A stretch of DNA of 58,831 bases from Thermoanaerobaculia bacterium. GTDB lineage: Bacteria > Acidobacteriota > Thermoanaerobaculia > Gp7-AA8. Numbering within the stretch: position 1 is the first letter of the stretch; every line of letters begins with the position of its first letter. The notes under the pieces were generated by a model. That model was not told the origin of the DNA. It was given only the letters and a program-made list of their open reading frames with translations, and did no database searches. The stretch is taken from the NCBI GenBank assembly GCA_049298815.1, contig JBAQWH010000652.1, forward strand, positions 1-58,831, written 5' to 3'. Shown here piece by piece: positions 27,686-37,355 of the stretch. The position numbers and the translations under genes are program-made.

Positions 27686-30600
27686 AGACCGACACCAGCG
27701 AAGCAGGTCTCGAAGCCCTGATCGTCACCGCCATGACGGGACGCGCCGAGGTTCCGAGCGATGACGAGGTCCTCGACGCCTCGCTGCTCTACGGCGGCAC
27801 CGGCTGGATTCTCGGGCATTGGAAGGACTACGACCGCGACTACGCCGTTGATCTCAAGCAGCTCGCGGCCTTCGTTGCGGCCACCCAGCCGAAGGTGGCC
27901 GACGCACTCGCCCTCGAACACGACTCCCCTAACCGTCAGAAGTTCCTCGCACGGCTGCAAGGGGAGATCACCAAGCGCGGCATCATCGACGTGCTTCGGC
28001 ACGGCGTGAAGCACGGGCCGCTCCACGTCGACCTGTTCTACGGAACGCCCTCACCCGGCAACGCCAAGGCCGAGGAGAGGTTCGCAGCGAACCGGTTCAG
28101 CGTGACGCGGCAGGTCCGGTACAGCAAGGACGAGACGCAGCTCGCGCTCGACCTCGCTCTCTTCATCAACGGACTTCCGGTCGCTACGTTCGAGCTGAAG
28201 AACAGCCTCACCAAGCAGACGGTTCAGGATGCCGTCGAGCAGTACCAGAGGGACCGCGACCCGCGAGAACTCCTCTTCCAGTTCGGACGCTGCATCCTCC
28301 ATTGCGCCGTGGACGACCATGAGGTGCGGTTCTGCACGCACCTCAAGGGCAAGGGGTCGTGGTTCCTGCCGTTCAACAAAGGGTGGAACGACGGCGCGGG
28401 GAACCCGCCGAACCCGAACGGCCTCAAGACCGACTACCTGTGGAAAGAGACGCTCACGCCGCGCGGTCTGACGGAGATCATCGAGAACTACGCGCAGGTC
28501 GTCGAGAAGAAAGACCCGAAAACCGGGCGGGTCAACCGAGAGCAGATCTTCCCGCGCTACCACCAGCTCGACGTCGTTCGGAAACTGCTCTCGGCTGCGA
28601 AGGCCGATGGCGTAGGCAAGCGCTACCTGATTCAGCACTCCGCAGGATCAGGAAAGTCGAACTCGATCGCGTGGCTGGCACACCAGCTCATCGGGCTCAC
28701 ACGCGATGAGAAAGGCGTCTTCGACTCGATCATCGTCATCACCGATCGCATCCTGCTGGACAGGCAGATCCGCGACACGATCAAGCAGTTCGCACAGGTG
28801 GGAGCGACGGTCGGTCACGCGGACCATTCCGGCGACCTTCGGCAGTTCATCGCCTCGGGGAAGAAAATCATCATCTCGACGGTGCAGAAGTTCCCCGTCA
28901 TCCTCAAAGAGATCAACGAAGAGTCTGAGCACCGGAAGCGAACCTTCGCGATCATCATCGACGAGGCCCATTCCAGTCAGGGCGGGAAAGCCTCGGCTGC
29001 CGTCAACGAAGCGCTCTCGGTTTCCGGGACGGTGGATGAGGACGAGACGACCGAGGATCGTATCAACCGCATCATGGAGTCGCGGAAGTTCCTGCCGAAT
29101 GCGAGTTATTTCGCCTTCACGGCGACCCCGAAGAACAAGACGCTGGAGATCTTCGGCGTCCCCTACGACGAGGGCGGCGAGAGGAAACACCGCGCCTTCC
29201 ACCCGTACACGATGAAGCAGGCGATCGAGGAAGGATTCATTCTCGACGTCCTCCGCTTCTTCACGCGGGTCGAGAGCTACTACAAGCTCGTGAAGACGAC
29301 GTCGGACGACCCAGAGTTCGACACGAAGCGAGCGAAGAAAAAGCTACGGCGCTACGTCGAGAGCCATGACCACGCCATCCAGCTCAAGGCCGAGATCATG
29401 GTCGACCACTTCCACGAGCAGGTCATCGCGCTGAATAAGATCGGCGGGAAAGCCCGCGCGATGGTGGTGACGAGCAGCATCGAGCGGGCCATTCAGTACT
29501 ACCGCGCGATGAGCGCATACCTGACCGAGAGGAAGAGCCCGTACAAGGCCATCGTCGCTTTCTCAGATACGGAGATCGACGGCCAGAAGGTCACGGAGTC
29601 GATGCTGAACGGGTTTCCGTCCAACAAGATCCCGGACAACATCCGCGAGGACCCGTACCGATTCCTCGTGTGCGCCGACAAATTTCAGACCGGCTACGAC
29701 GAGCCGCTGCTCCACACGATGTACGTCGACAAGCCGCTCTCCGGGATCAAGGCTGTCCAGACCCTTTCACGGCTCAACCGCGCTCGCCCGCAGAAGTACG
29801 ACGTCTTCGTCCTCGACTTCATGAACGACGCGGCGACGATCGAGGCTGCGTTCGCGGACTACTACCGGACCACGATCCTCAGCGAAGAGACAGACCCGAA
29901 CAAGCTGCACGACCTCAAGGCGGCGCTCGACGGCTATCAGATCTACTCGATCGACCAGATCGAGGCGCTCGTTGCGTACTACCTCGGCGGGTCCGACCGG
30001 GACAAGCTCGACCCGATTCTCGATACCTGCGTGGCAAACTACGTCAGCCAGCTCGATGAAGATGGGCAGGTCGACTTCAAGGGGAAGGCGAAGGCGTTCA
30101 CTCGCACGTACGGGTTCCTGTCAGCCGTGCTTCCCTACACCAGCGCGGAGTGGGAGAAGTTGTCGATCTTCCTCAACTTCCTCGTCCCGAAGCTGCCAGC
30201 ACCGAAGGAAGAAGACCTTTCAAAGGGCATCCTCGAAGCGATCGACATGGACAGCTACCGCGTCGAGAAGCAGTCGACGATGCGGATTCAGTTACCTGAC
30301 GCCGACGCGGAGATCGGCCCCGTGCCGACGAGCGGAGGAGGCCACAAGCCGGAGCCGGAACTCGACCGGCTGTCGAACATCATCCGCACGTTCAACGACC
30401 AGTTCGGCAACATCGCGTGGTCGGATCAGGATCGCGTTCACCGGCTGGTGACGCAGGAGATTCCGGCGAAGGTCGCGGCGGACGTGGCATACCAGAACGC
30501 GGTGAAGAACTCGGATAAGCAGAACGCGAAGATCGAGCACGACAAAGCGCTGCTGCGGGCCGTCACCTCGCTGCTGAAGGACGACACCCAGTTTTTCAAG

Positions 30601-30690
30601 GAGTTCAGCGACAACGACTCGTTCCGGCGCTGGGTCACTGACACCGTCTTCTCGATCACGTACGACAAGACTGCTGGACCACCTCCGTAG
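27682..30690 (+). CDS. hsdR: type I restriction enzyme R subunit HsdR
   Basis: N-terminal PD-(D/E)xK (LDLALFINGLPVATFELKN). Helicase motifs QHSAGSGKSNS, IIIDEAHSSQ, FAFTATP and QTGYDEPLL. The GTG start overlaps the upstream stop (GTGA). Confidence 0.92.
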   Translation: MKTDTSEAGLEALIVTAMTGRAEVPSDDEVLDASLLYGGTGWILGHWKDYDRDYAVDLKQLAAFVAATQPKVADALALEHDSPNRQKFLARLQGEITKRGIIDVLRHGVKHGPLHVDLFYGTPSPGNAKAEERFAANRFSVTRQVRYSKDETQLALDLALFINGLPVATFELKNSLTKQTVQDAVEQYQRDRDPRELLFQFGRCILHCAVDDHEVRFCTHLKGKGSWFLPFNKGWNDGAGNPPNPNGLKTDYLWKETLTPRGLTEIIENYAQVVEKKDPKTGRVNREQIFPRYHQLDVVRKLLSAAKADGVGKRYLIQHSAGSGKSNSIAWLAHQLIGLTRDEKGVFDSIIVITDRILLDRQIRDTIKQFAQVGATVGHADHSGDLRQFIASGKKIIISTVQKFPVILKEINEESEHRKRTFAIIIDEAHSSQGGKASAAVNEALSVSGTVDEDETTEDRINRIMESRKFLPNASYFAFTATPKNKTLEIFGVPYDEGGERKHRAFHPYTMKQAIEEGFILDVLRFFTRVESYYKLVKTTSDDPEFDTKRAKKKLRRYVESHDHAIQLKAEIMVDHFHEQVIALNKIGGKARAMVVTSSIERAIQYYRAMSAYLTERKSPYKAIVAFSDTEIDGQKVTESMLNGFPSNKIPDNIREDPYRFLVCADKFQTGYDEPLLHTMYVDKPLSGIKAVQTLSRLNRARPQKYDVFVLDFMNDAATIEAAFADYYRTTILSEETDPNKLHDLKAALDGYQIYSIDQIEALVAYYLGGSDRDKLDPILDTCVANYVSQLDEDGQVDFKGKAKAFTRTYGFLSAVLPYTSAEWEKLSIFLNFLVPKLPAPKEEDLSKGILEAIDMDSYRVEKQSTMRIQLPDADAEIGPVPTSGGGHKPEPELDRLSNIIRTFNDQFGNIAWSDQDRVHRLVTQEIPAKVAADVAYQNAVKNSDKQNAKIEHDKALLRAVTSLLKDDTQFFKEFSDNDSFRRWVTDTVFSITYDKTAGPPP

Positions 30691-30797
30691 GCACCGGCGC
30701 TTGCGCCGAGACCCGAGATGGTGGAGAAAGGCCAGCGGACTGGTGACTCCGTTGCTCGTTTGGCTGTTTCGACCGCAGTCGGTGCCAAAGGTGCTGC

Positions 30798-31958
30798 ATG
30801 TCGGACTTCGTAGACCCTCGCGATCACCCGCAGCCTCCAGCGGTTCGCAGGCTCCCGTCGACCGAGTTGGACGCTCTGGAGGAGTTGTCAAAGCTCTGCC
30901 GGTCAGGACGTCTGTACGCGGTCGAGCAGTGGATCAAGGAAGGCAAGCCGCTCTACGCCGAGAACTACTCGCGAGGACGCGGGCGAAGGGTTCAAAGCGC
31001 GCTCTCCGTCGCGATCGAGACGAAGCAGGTCGACCTCGCGTTGCTCCTGCTCTGCAACGGCTTTCCACCCGACGCCGGTGGTGAGTCTCTTCTCGACGAC
31101 GCGGTCCGTGATCGGCAAGAGGATTTCGTCGAACTGCTCATGAAGTGGGGCGCCGATCCGTTGCGCCTGAATCCATACGACGTCCTCGACAGCTACGACG
31201 CCGACCTGTACGAGCGCTTCTGGACCCTCGGATTGGATTTCGCCCGCAACCACGCCCTCGCCCGGATGCTCGCTGGCCAGTCATCGAATCGTCCCGCGTA
31301 TGGATGGGCGCGGCGGCACAACACTGAGCCGAAGGTAGCGAGGGAGCTGGCCATCGCTCTCGTCCACGCGGTGGCCGAGAACCGCGAAAGAGCCGTAGCC
31401 CTGCTCGTCTGGGCTGGAGCAGATCCTCGAAGGCCAGCCCCAGACTTGCGATACATGCGAGCCGACGAGGATGAGCCCGACGAGGACTGTTTGACCGCCA
31501 TCGAGTACGCGGTGATGTACGGCTACGGCCATCTGCTCAAGACACTCAAGCCGCACCCGACTCGCGACAACTTCGAGAGGCTCTGGGCGTGGGTCTGCGA
31601 TGAAACCGCGATCGACTACCTCGGGAAGCTCGCGCGCCCCGAGGACTGGTCGGCCGTCCTTACCCGCAATCTGGACCACGCTCTTTCCCGGTACTCAGGC
31701 GACGCGTCCCGGAAGTGCGTCGAGAAGCTGACGGTCTCGTACGGCGCTCGGCTCACGGCGATGACACCTGAACGCATCGCTCAGTTCCGGCGCGACGTCG
31801 TCCGGTCGGATAACGAATCGGGCTGCCGGTGGGTCCTGCGATGGATGAGTTACGAGGAGACATGCGAGCCATCTGTGTTCGCCGAGCTGACACGGACTCC
31901 ATCCGTTCGTGCGAAGCTGAACTCCCTTCACATCCGAGACGCACGATACCGGTACTAA
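30798..31958 (+). CDS. ankyrin-repeat-like protein (putative)
   Basis: Repeated helix-turn motifs of the type ALSVAIETKQVDLALLLLCNGFPPD and DDAVRDRQEDFVELLMKWGADP. Motif-level call. Confidence 0.5.
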   Translation: MSDFVDPRDHPQPPAVRRLPSTELDALEELSKLCRSGRLYAVEQWIKEGKPLYAENYSRGRGRRVQSALSVAIETKQVDLALLLLCNGFPPDAGGESLLDDAVRDRQEDFVELLMKWGADPLRLNPYDVLDSYDADLYERFWTLGLDFARNHALARMLAGQSSNRPAYGWARRHNTEPKVARELAIALVHAVAENRERAVALLVWAGADPRRPAPDLRYMRADEDEPDEDCLTAIEYAVMYGYGHLLKTLKPHPTRDNFERLWAWVCDETAIDYLGKLARPEDWSAVLTRNLDHALSRYSGDASRKCVEKLTVSYGARLTAMTPERIAQFRRDVVRSDNESGCRWVLRWMSYEETCEPSVFAELTRTPSVRAKLNSLHIRDARYRY

Positions 31959-31974
31959 CCGCGTGGAGGCGACG

Positions 31975-33135
31975 ATGTACGCCAGATACGAGCAACTGAC
32001 GCGTCAAGAGCTTTACGAGCAGATCTGGTCGGTTCCGGCGACGAAGCTGAGCGAGCGGTTTGGCCTTTCCGGGCGTGGTCTCGCGAAGCTGTGCGAGCGG
32101 CACGAGATCCCCGTTCCCGATCGGGGATGGTGGGCGAAGAAGGCGGCCGGTCAAGATGTGAAGCAGTTGCCGCTGCCGAAGCCAAGCAATCCGTATTTGG
32201 ACCGGATCGAAGTAAGGGTGCGCGAAGACTGGCGTACCTACGTCAGCGAGGATGAGCTGAAGTGGTTCGAGCAGCAGATCGCGGCAGAGCCGAGCCGTCC
32301 ACCGCTCATCGTTCGCGAAGAAGACGATTCGCGTCACCCGCTGATCGTCCGCGCTCGGCGCGAGCGGAAGGACAGCGCTCCTGCTCCGCTCCACTTCGCT
32401 CTCGACGTCAGCAAGGAGCAGCGACCTCGCGCGCTACGGCTTGCGGCTGCCATTGTTGAGGGATGCGAGCAGAGGGATTACTCGTTCGCGCCCGGTCCCG
32501 ATGCTGCGACCGGTGAGGCCACAGTCGTCATCCTCGGCCAGCACATTGGGGTGGCGGTCGTGGAGCCGTATGCGAAGGTCCCACACGTTCTCACGAAGGC
32601 CGAGGCAAGGGAGAAGGCGGTCGGGCGCGGCTGGGGCATCCCTGATTTCGACTCGGTCAGGAGTGGGACTCTGGCCATCGCGCTCACCCACTCGGCCGAC
32701 GGCGAGCGCCGGACGTTCAGCGCGAAGTCCGACCAGCCGCTGGAGGCCACGCTTCCGGAGTTCTTTAAAGCTCTGCCGAAGATCGCGCTGCGCATGAAGG
32801 CTGACAAGAACTGGCACGCCGAACAGGAACGCATTCGAAAGGAGGAAGCCGATCGCCGTGCCGAATTGGAGCGCCTCCGTCGGGAAGAACAGGCCCGGCT
32901 TGCGGCCGAGAAGCGGCGGCGGAACGAACTCCTTCGCGCGAGTGCTTCGCTTCGCCGGTCGAACGACATCCTCGCACTCGTGACCGCCGTCGAGGCGGCT
33001 GCTGAAGAGCGGGGGCTTCTCGACAAAATAGCCGCGTGGGCGCGCTATGCGCAGACCGTAGCGAACGACCTGAACCCCGTCGATCCGATTCTCGTCGCGG
33101 AGACACACGTTTCGCAGCGGACCCCGAGCAAATAA
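31975..33135 (+). CDS. hypothetical protein with an N-terminal HTH-like region and a C-terminal Arg/Glu coiled coil
   Basis: ATG with a GGAGG RBS at 31975. ELYEQIWSVPATKLSERFGLSGRGLAKLCERHEIPVPDRGWW followed by EQERIRKEEADRRAELERLRREEQARLAAEKRRR. Confidence 0.6.
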   Translation: MYARYEQLTRQELYEQIWSVPATKLSERFGLSGRGLAKLCERHEIPVPDRGWWAKKAAGQDVKQLPLPKPSNPYLDRIEVRVREDWRTYVSEDELKWFEQQIAAEPSRPPLIVREEDDSRHPLIVRARRERKDSAPAPLHFALDVSKEQRPRALRLAAAIVEGCEQRDYSFAPGPDAATGEATVVILGQHIGVAVVEPYAKVPHVLTKAEAREKAVGRGWGIPDFDSVRSGTLAIALTHSADGERRTFSAKSDQPLEATLPEFFKALPKIALRMKADKNWHAEQERIRKEEADRRAELERLRREEQARLAAEKRRRNELLRASASLRRSNDILALVTAVEAAAEERGLLDKIAAWARYAQTVANDLNPVDPILVAETHVSQRTPSK

Positions 33136-33237
33136 ACGACGAGATCACCTCCAAGTTGATTCGGAGCGGCGGCGTTCCGAGAGCTTGGACGACCTACGAG
33201 CACGCAGGAGATAGGTGCTGCGCTTCGATTTTCCGCC

Positions 33238-33867
33238 CTATGCTCCGTCGACAAGTAACTTCGCCGCACCCAGCAGGCCGGTCGTGATCTGCTCGTAGCG
33301 CGAAGTAGGCGGGGCACCGGAGAACTGTCCGCGAAGAAAAGCAGCAGGGTGTCTTTCCCGAGGCGCCAAAGGGGTGTTCCCGATCACGCGCTTCTCGAAC
33401 TTCTCTTGGCTGAATCGACTACGGTGCGCGATCGCATTCCGAATAGCATGCGCGCGACCGATCAGATCTCGCTGCGTCATTGACAACGAAGAGAACGGGC
33501 GACCCCCACGGAGGAACGTCTGGGCCCGTTCCAGAGTGTTCTCGATAGGAAGCCAGTCTACGTATCTTTTCGGGCCAAAACCGATTAGGAGTTCTCGTGC
33601 GATGGGATAGGACCTGATCGACACGCGCGGTTGCGAGCGTCGCCTTTTCGTCGATCGCGGATCGCTGATCAGCAGCGTCATGAAGAGGTCTTCGATGAAC
33701 ACCTCGAATGAGGTGAAGCTGCTCAGGAAGAGACTTTCATGGAGTTGCTCGGACACTCTTACCGGAAGCGCACCTGTCAGAACCAACGGTTCAACTCGGC
33801 CGCGAGTCTGGTTGAGCGAGTTGAACCGCGTCAGCAGTTTTTGAAAAAGCTCACTTGGCTCTGGCAC
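33238..33867 (-). CDS. HEPN-like nuclease (RiboL-PSP / MAE_28990-like) partner of DUF262
   Basis: Rx4H motif in AHAIRNAIAHRS. Overlaps the DUF262 gene by 17 nt. Confidence 0.6.
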   Translation of the reverse strand: MPEPSELFQKLLTRFNSLNQTRGRVEPLVLTGALPVRVSEQLHESLFLSSFTSFEVFIEDLFMTLLISDPRSTKRRRSQPRVSIRSYPIARELLIGFGPKRYVDWLPIENTLERAQTFLRGGRPFSSLSMTQRDLIGRAHAIRNAIAHRSRFSQEKFEKRVIGNTPLAPRERHPAAFLRGQFSGAPPTSRYEQITTGLLGAAKLLVDGA

Positions 33868-34936
33868 GTTTGACTTGCTCGTTCAAGAACCGCAGTCGTG
33901 TCTCGCGTGCCGGGTGGTGGTTCGTCGCACCTCGTAGCACTTCTGCGACATCGTCAGGCACGCTGCCCGTCTCGATCAACTCTGAAGCTCGCCTTACTGC
34001 CTCTGCCGCGCCTCGGGGAGCCGTCTTGGCCTTCATTCTGGTCAAGGAGGAACCGAGCCCGAACAGCAGGTCGTAGTAGAACGTGAAGAGCGTGTGAAAC
34101 AGCGGCTTGCGACGAAACTGGGAAGATGGCAGGTCCTTCCCGAGCTGGAGAGCAATAGCGTCAAACACGGCGCGGAAACGGTTCGCAACCTCTCCTGACT
34201 TCGGAAAATGGTCATCGAACAGCTCGTACACTTCGTGGATCAGTTTCAAGTCCTTACCATGCACGCCGTTCATCATGGTCAGGATCATGTCGCCCGTCTC
34301 CTCGACCTCCAGCATGCGGGCTATGTCGGTCTCGTTGAATACTCGCCAGTCGCGCCACCGATCAAGTTGCTCATAGGCGAGCTGGTAGCAGATGGTCTTG
34401 AAGGCACCGAAAAACTCGGCGTTCAGTAGCTCTTGGTTGTTCAGCTTGAACCCTGTCGAGTTCATACGACCGAAAATTTGGAGGACCTCCCGATCCTCTG
34501 CGTCATGGGGAAGGACGTGCACGCTGAGTTCGTAATTCAGGATCGCGACACGTACCTCCTTGGAGAGCTGAGAGAAGTTCAATCCGGAGATCGCCGGGTT
34601 GTGAACACGCTCAACGACGAAGGCATCACGCTCACCGTCGAAGTCCTTGAGGGACTGGGGTTCTACGAAGGAGATGAGCGTCCGTAGTCGCTGCTGACCG
34701 TCCACAACTTCTCGTTCAGGTTCCAGAGAGGTGGGGTTCGTCCTTTCCCGCAGGAAGATGATCGGCATGGGTATGCCGCGCACGACCGTGTCGATGAGAA
34801 GCGATTTTGCCTTGCGGGGCCAGACGGGCCGTCGCTGAAACGCGGGGCTCAGGATGAGCGAACCGACGCGATTCCACGTCAAGAAATCCGAGACCTTGAA
34901 CACTCGCGGGATGCTGATCACGGTCGAATTCTGCAC
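33851..34936 (-). CDS. DUF262 (ParB-like nuclease/NTPase, GmrSD N-terminal type) protein
   Basis: LQRRPVW-type motif (FQRRPVWPRKAKSLLIDTVVRGIPMPIIF) and VVDGQQRLRTLISF. Confidence 0.85.
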   Translation of the reverse strand: MQNSTVISIPRVFKVSDFLTWNRVGSLILSPAFQRRPVWPRKAKSLLIDTVVRGIPMPIIFLRERTNPTSLEPEREVVDGQQRLRTLISFVEPQSLKDFDGERDAFVVERVHNPAISGLNFSQLSKEVRVAILNYELSVHVLPHDAEDREVLQIFGRMNSTGFKLNNQELLNAEFFGAFKTICYQLAYEQLDRWRDWRVFNETDIARMLEVEETGDMILTMMNGVHGKDLKLIHEVYELFDDHFPKSGEVANRFRAVFDAIALQLGKDLPSSQFRRKPLFHTLFTFYYDLLFGLGSSLTRMKAKTAPRGAAEAVRRASELIETGSVPDDVAEVLRGATNHHPARETRLRFLNEQVKRARAK

Positions 34937-35117
34937 TGAAACCGACCCGAGCGTTACGGGAGGCGCCTGATCTGTGGAGTACGACGCGTACTCCGGCCGG
35001 GTCTCCGCAGCACGTCATATGGCCAAACGAGGTTCTGAACGACCCATGTCACTTCGCCGAAAATACGTCTTTTCGGCAAAGTGGCAGTAGAATGGTCCTC
35101 GCCCGCCGAGGAGGATC

Positions 35118-35738
35118 ATGGCCAAGCTCAAACTCGTCCAGCCGGAGAAATCGGCAAAGTTCCAGCCGCCACGTCGGAAGGCGAACAGCGAGACCCGCTC
35201 GCGGGAGTACCTCACCGTGCCCGAGGTCCGGAAGCTCCGGGACGGCGCGCGGTCAACCGGCCGGAACCCTCACCGCGACGGCCTGCTTGTCCTGATGCTC
35301 TTCCGTCACGGCTTGAGGGTCACCGAAGAGGCATCGCTCACGTGGGACGACATCCACTTCGATGACGGCACCATGTTCGTCCGCCGGGCAAAGAACGGCC
35401 GGGAGTCCCGGCACTTCATGGAGGGGGACGAGATCCGGGAGCTGAAGAAGCTCAAGCGCGAGTCGGCCTCGTCCCGCTTCGTCTTCTGCTCTGAGCGCGG
35501 AGGGCCGCTCTCGAACCGGTCGATCCACCACATCGTTAAGAAGGCTGGCGAGGAAGCCGGTCTCCCCTTCCCCGTTCACCCGCACATGCTCCGGCACGCG
35601 AAGGGTTACCAGCTCGCCCAAAACGGCGCCGACACCCGAGCGATTCAGGGTTACCTTGGCCACCGCGACATCAAGAGCACGGTGATCTACACCGAGTTGG
35701 ACCCGAACCGGTTCAAGGGCTTCGGTAAGGACCTTTAG
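35118..35738 (+). CDS. small tyrosine recombinase (FimB/FimE-size)
   Basis: Box I RHGLRVTE, HMLRHAKG, GHRDIKSTVIY with the catalytic Tyr. 206 aa. Confidence 0.85.
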   Translation: MAKLKLVQPEKSAKFQPPRRKANSETRSREYLTVPEVRKLRDGARSTGRNPHRDGLLVLMLFRHGLRVTEEASLTWDDIHFDDGTMFVRRAKNGRESRHFMEGDEIRELKKLKRESASSRFVFCSERGGPLSNRSIHHIVKKAGEEAGLPFPVHPHMLRHAKGYQLAQNGADTRAIQGYLGHRDIKSTVIYTELDPNRFKGFGKDL

Positions 35739-36307
35739 TCGGACAGCATCGGGCGCCTCGGCGCCGACAACTTCCCCTCCTTCTCAAGGAAGGTCCTGAC
35801 GCGCTCGTCGGTGAGTGCGCCCTCGCCGCTCGCTTGCGGGTTGCGCTCGATCTCCACATCCCACACCGCCCGCACGAGCGCCTCGATCTCGGTCAAGCAG
35901 TTCGGGTCCACCGCCCGATAGGACTCTGTCAGCGAGGCAGCCGCAGAGGTGTACGGCAACAGCCACGACCCGAAGTAGTGCCATACCGCGTCGGCTTCCA
36001 CGACCTCTTTGCGAAGCAGAAAGCCGAGGGTCTCGAAGAAGTTCAGGACGTCCCTGACTGCCTCGGCTTCGAGCGGGTCGCTCTGCCTGTCGAGGAGGTC
36101 CGCTGCCGCCTGTCGGCGGGTCTCGCGGAACTCTGCGGAGTCCCAGCGCGCGTCCATCGTCCCGAGCACGTCGAGCCCTCGGGAGAATCTCGCTCGTCGC
36201 CACTCGGCGATCTGCATTCCGACCGAGACCACGATGGCGAGCGCGGCGACCACAACCGACAACGCTTCAATCTCCATGCACTCAGTGTCGGTGAAGGAGG
36301 ATGGCAT
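35735..36307 (-). CDS. single-pass membrane protein (DUF4760-like, tentative)
   Basis: The start was chosen at MPSSF. One TM helix (ALSVVVAALAIVVSVGMQIA) is followed by a helical domain. The longer track ORF would overlap the ImmA gene. Confidence 0.5.
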   Translation of the reverse strand: MPSSFTDTECMEIEALSVVVAALAIVVSVGMQIAEWRRARFSRGLDVLGTMDARWDSAEFRETRRQAAADLLDRQSDPLEAEAVRDVLNFFETLGFLLRKEVVEADAVWHYFGSWLLPYTSAAASLTESYRAVDPNCLTEIEALVRAVWDVEIERNPQASGEGALTDERVRTFLEKEGKLSAPRRPMLSD

Positions 36308-36482
36308 CGCGGTATGCACCCTCTCGCAGCCGTGTGATGCACCGGCCGACGCGACCGCTCTCCTGTGACAGCACGGAACTTCCAAACGGTGGAGGGCGCA
36401 ACGCACCCACCGGCGGCGAAGTGCCACGCACGCCGAGGCTTCCGCAGGTGCGCCGCTGATGGAGCGAGGCGAAATGTTGTCC

Positions 36483-37355
36483 CTATTCGCCAAATAGCGG
36501 CAGCGAGCGACGGCGAGACGAGTCACGTTCGGCGCAGACGTCAGGCCCCCAAAGGGAAACCAGTTTGTCGGAGAACTTCACCACCTGAAACCGGACCTCC
36601 GGACGGTAGAACTGGATACCCCTTTCGTCGCGATAGCTCACGTAAGCAGTCCCCACTCTTACTCCGCCCTCCCAAGCCGAAGGAAGAATGGAATCGTCCT
36701 CCCACAGCCACGGTCGTGTGACACCACCGATCACTCGCAGCAACGAGAACGACCCGTCCCGCATACGGTGCCATTCTGTCAGTTCGCACTTCCAGCAGTC
36801 GAGTGCTCGCAGGCGCAGCAGCATCGCAGACTTGCTGACGGAGTACTCGTCAGCGAGGGCCTGCAGGGTCTCGACCGAGACGGGGCGATCCTTCGCACTC
36901 TTCTTGAGACTGCGCGCGGGCATCAGCAGCTCGCTCGCACCGACGTCGCAGAGCCGCTCTTCATCTGGAAACACGTCGTGCGGTCTAAATTTGATCTCGG
37001 GAACTAGCTCGTAGAAAAACGTGTGACAGATCTCGTGCGCCAGCGTAAAGCGGCGACGATTCTCCGATGCGCTCGGATCAATCAAGATGCGAAAGCCGTC
37101 GGCGAACGAGTTGCCGAGCGGCTCCAACGCCCCGGCGACGCCGGGTCGAGCCACCTTGTCAGTAGACCTGACATTTCGCGTTTTTAGAAGGAACTGCAGA
37201 CGCGCGTCTCGCGGTCCCCGCCTAGGGTAAGGCCTAGACGCCCTTCGTACGAGATCGCACATCACCCGCTCTGCTGAGAGATTAGCCCGTCCGGCTCGTG
37301 CGATGAACTTCTCGACGAGCTCACTCCGCGACGACAGTCTAGAAGAGCTTCCCAC
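36483..37355 (-). CDS. ImmA/IrrE-family zinc metallopeptidase
   Basis: HEXXH in FTLAHEICHTFF with a downstream ELLMP motif. Overlaps the upstream XRE gene by 17 nt. Confidence 0.8.
   Translation of the reverse strand: MGSSSRLSSRSELVEKFIARAGRANLSAERVMCDLVRRASRPYPRRGPRDARLQFLLKTRNVRSTDKVARPGVAGALEPLGNSFADGFRILIDPSASENRRRFTLAHEICHTFFYELVPEIKFRPHDVFPDEERLCDVGASELLMPARSLKKSAKDRPVSVETLQALADEYSVSKSAMLLRLRALDCWKCELTEWHRMRDGSFSLLRVIGGVTRPWLWEDDSILPSAWEGGVRVGTAYVSYRDERGIQFYRPEVRFQVVKFSDKLVSLWGPDVCAERDSSRRRSLPLFGE

Noticed and set aside
35056-35077. Perfect hairpin GCCGAAAA-TACGTC-TTTTCGGC, considered as a terminator.
   Set aside because: It lies in the divergent start region between the DUF262 gene and the recombinase gene, not after a gene end. 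It might be an operator, but I cannot support either call.
35118-35738. The idea that the small tyrosine recombinase drives an hsdS shufflon or phase-variable type I R-M system.
   Set aside because: Only one TRD-coding region exists (fused to hsdM). I saw no second or silent hsdS copy and no inverted repeats flanking it, and the recombinase lies 4.4 kb beyond hsdR, behind four other genes.
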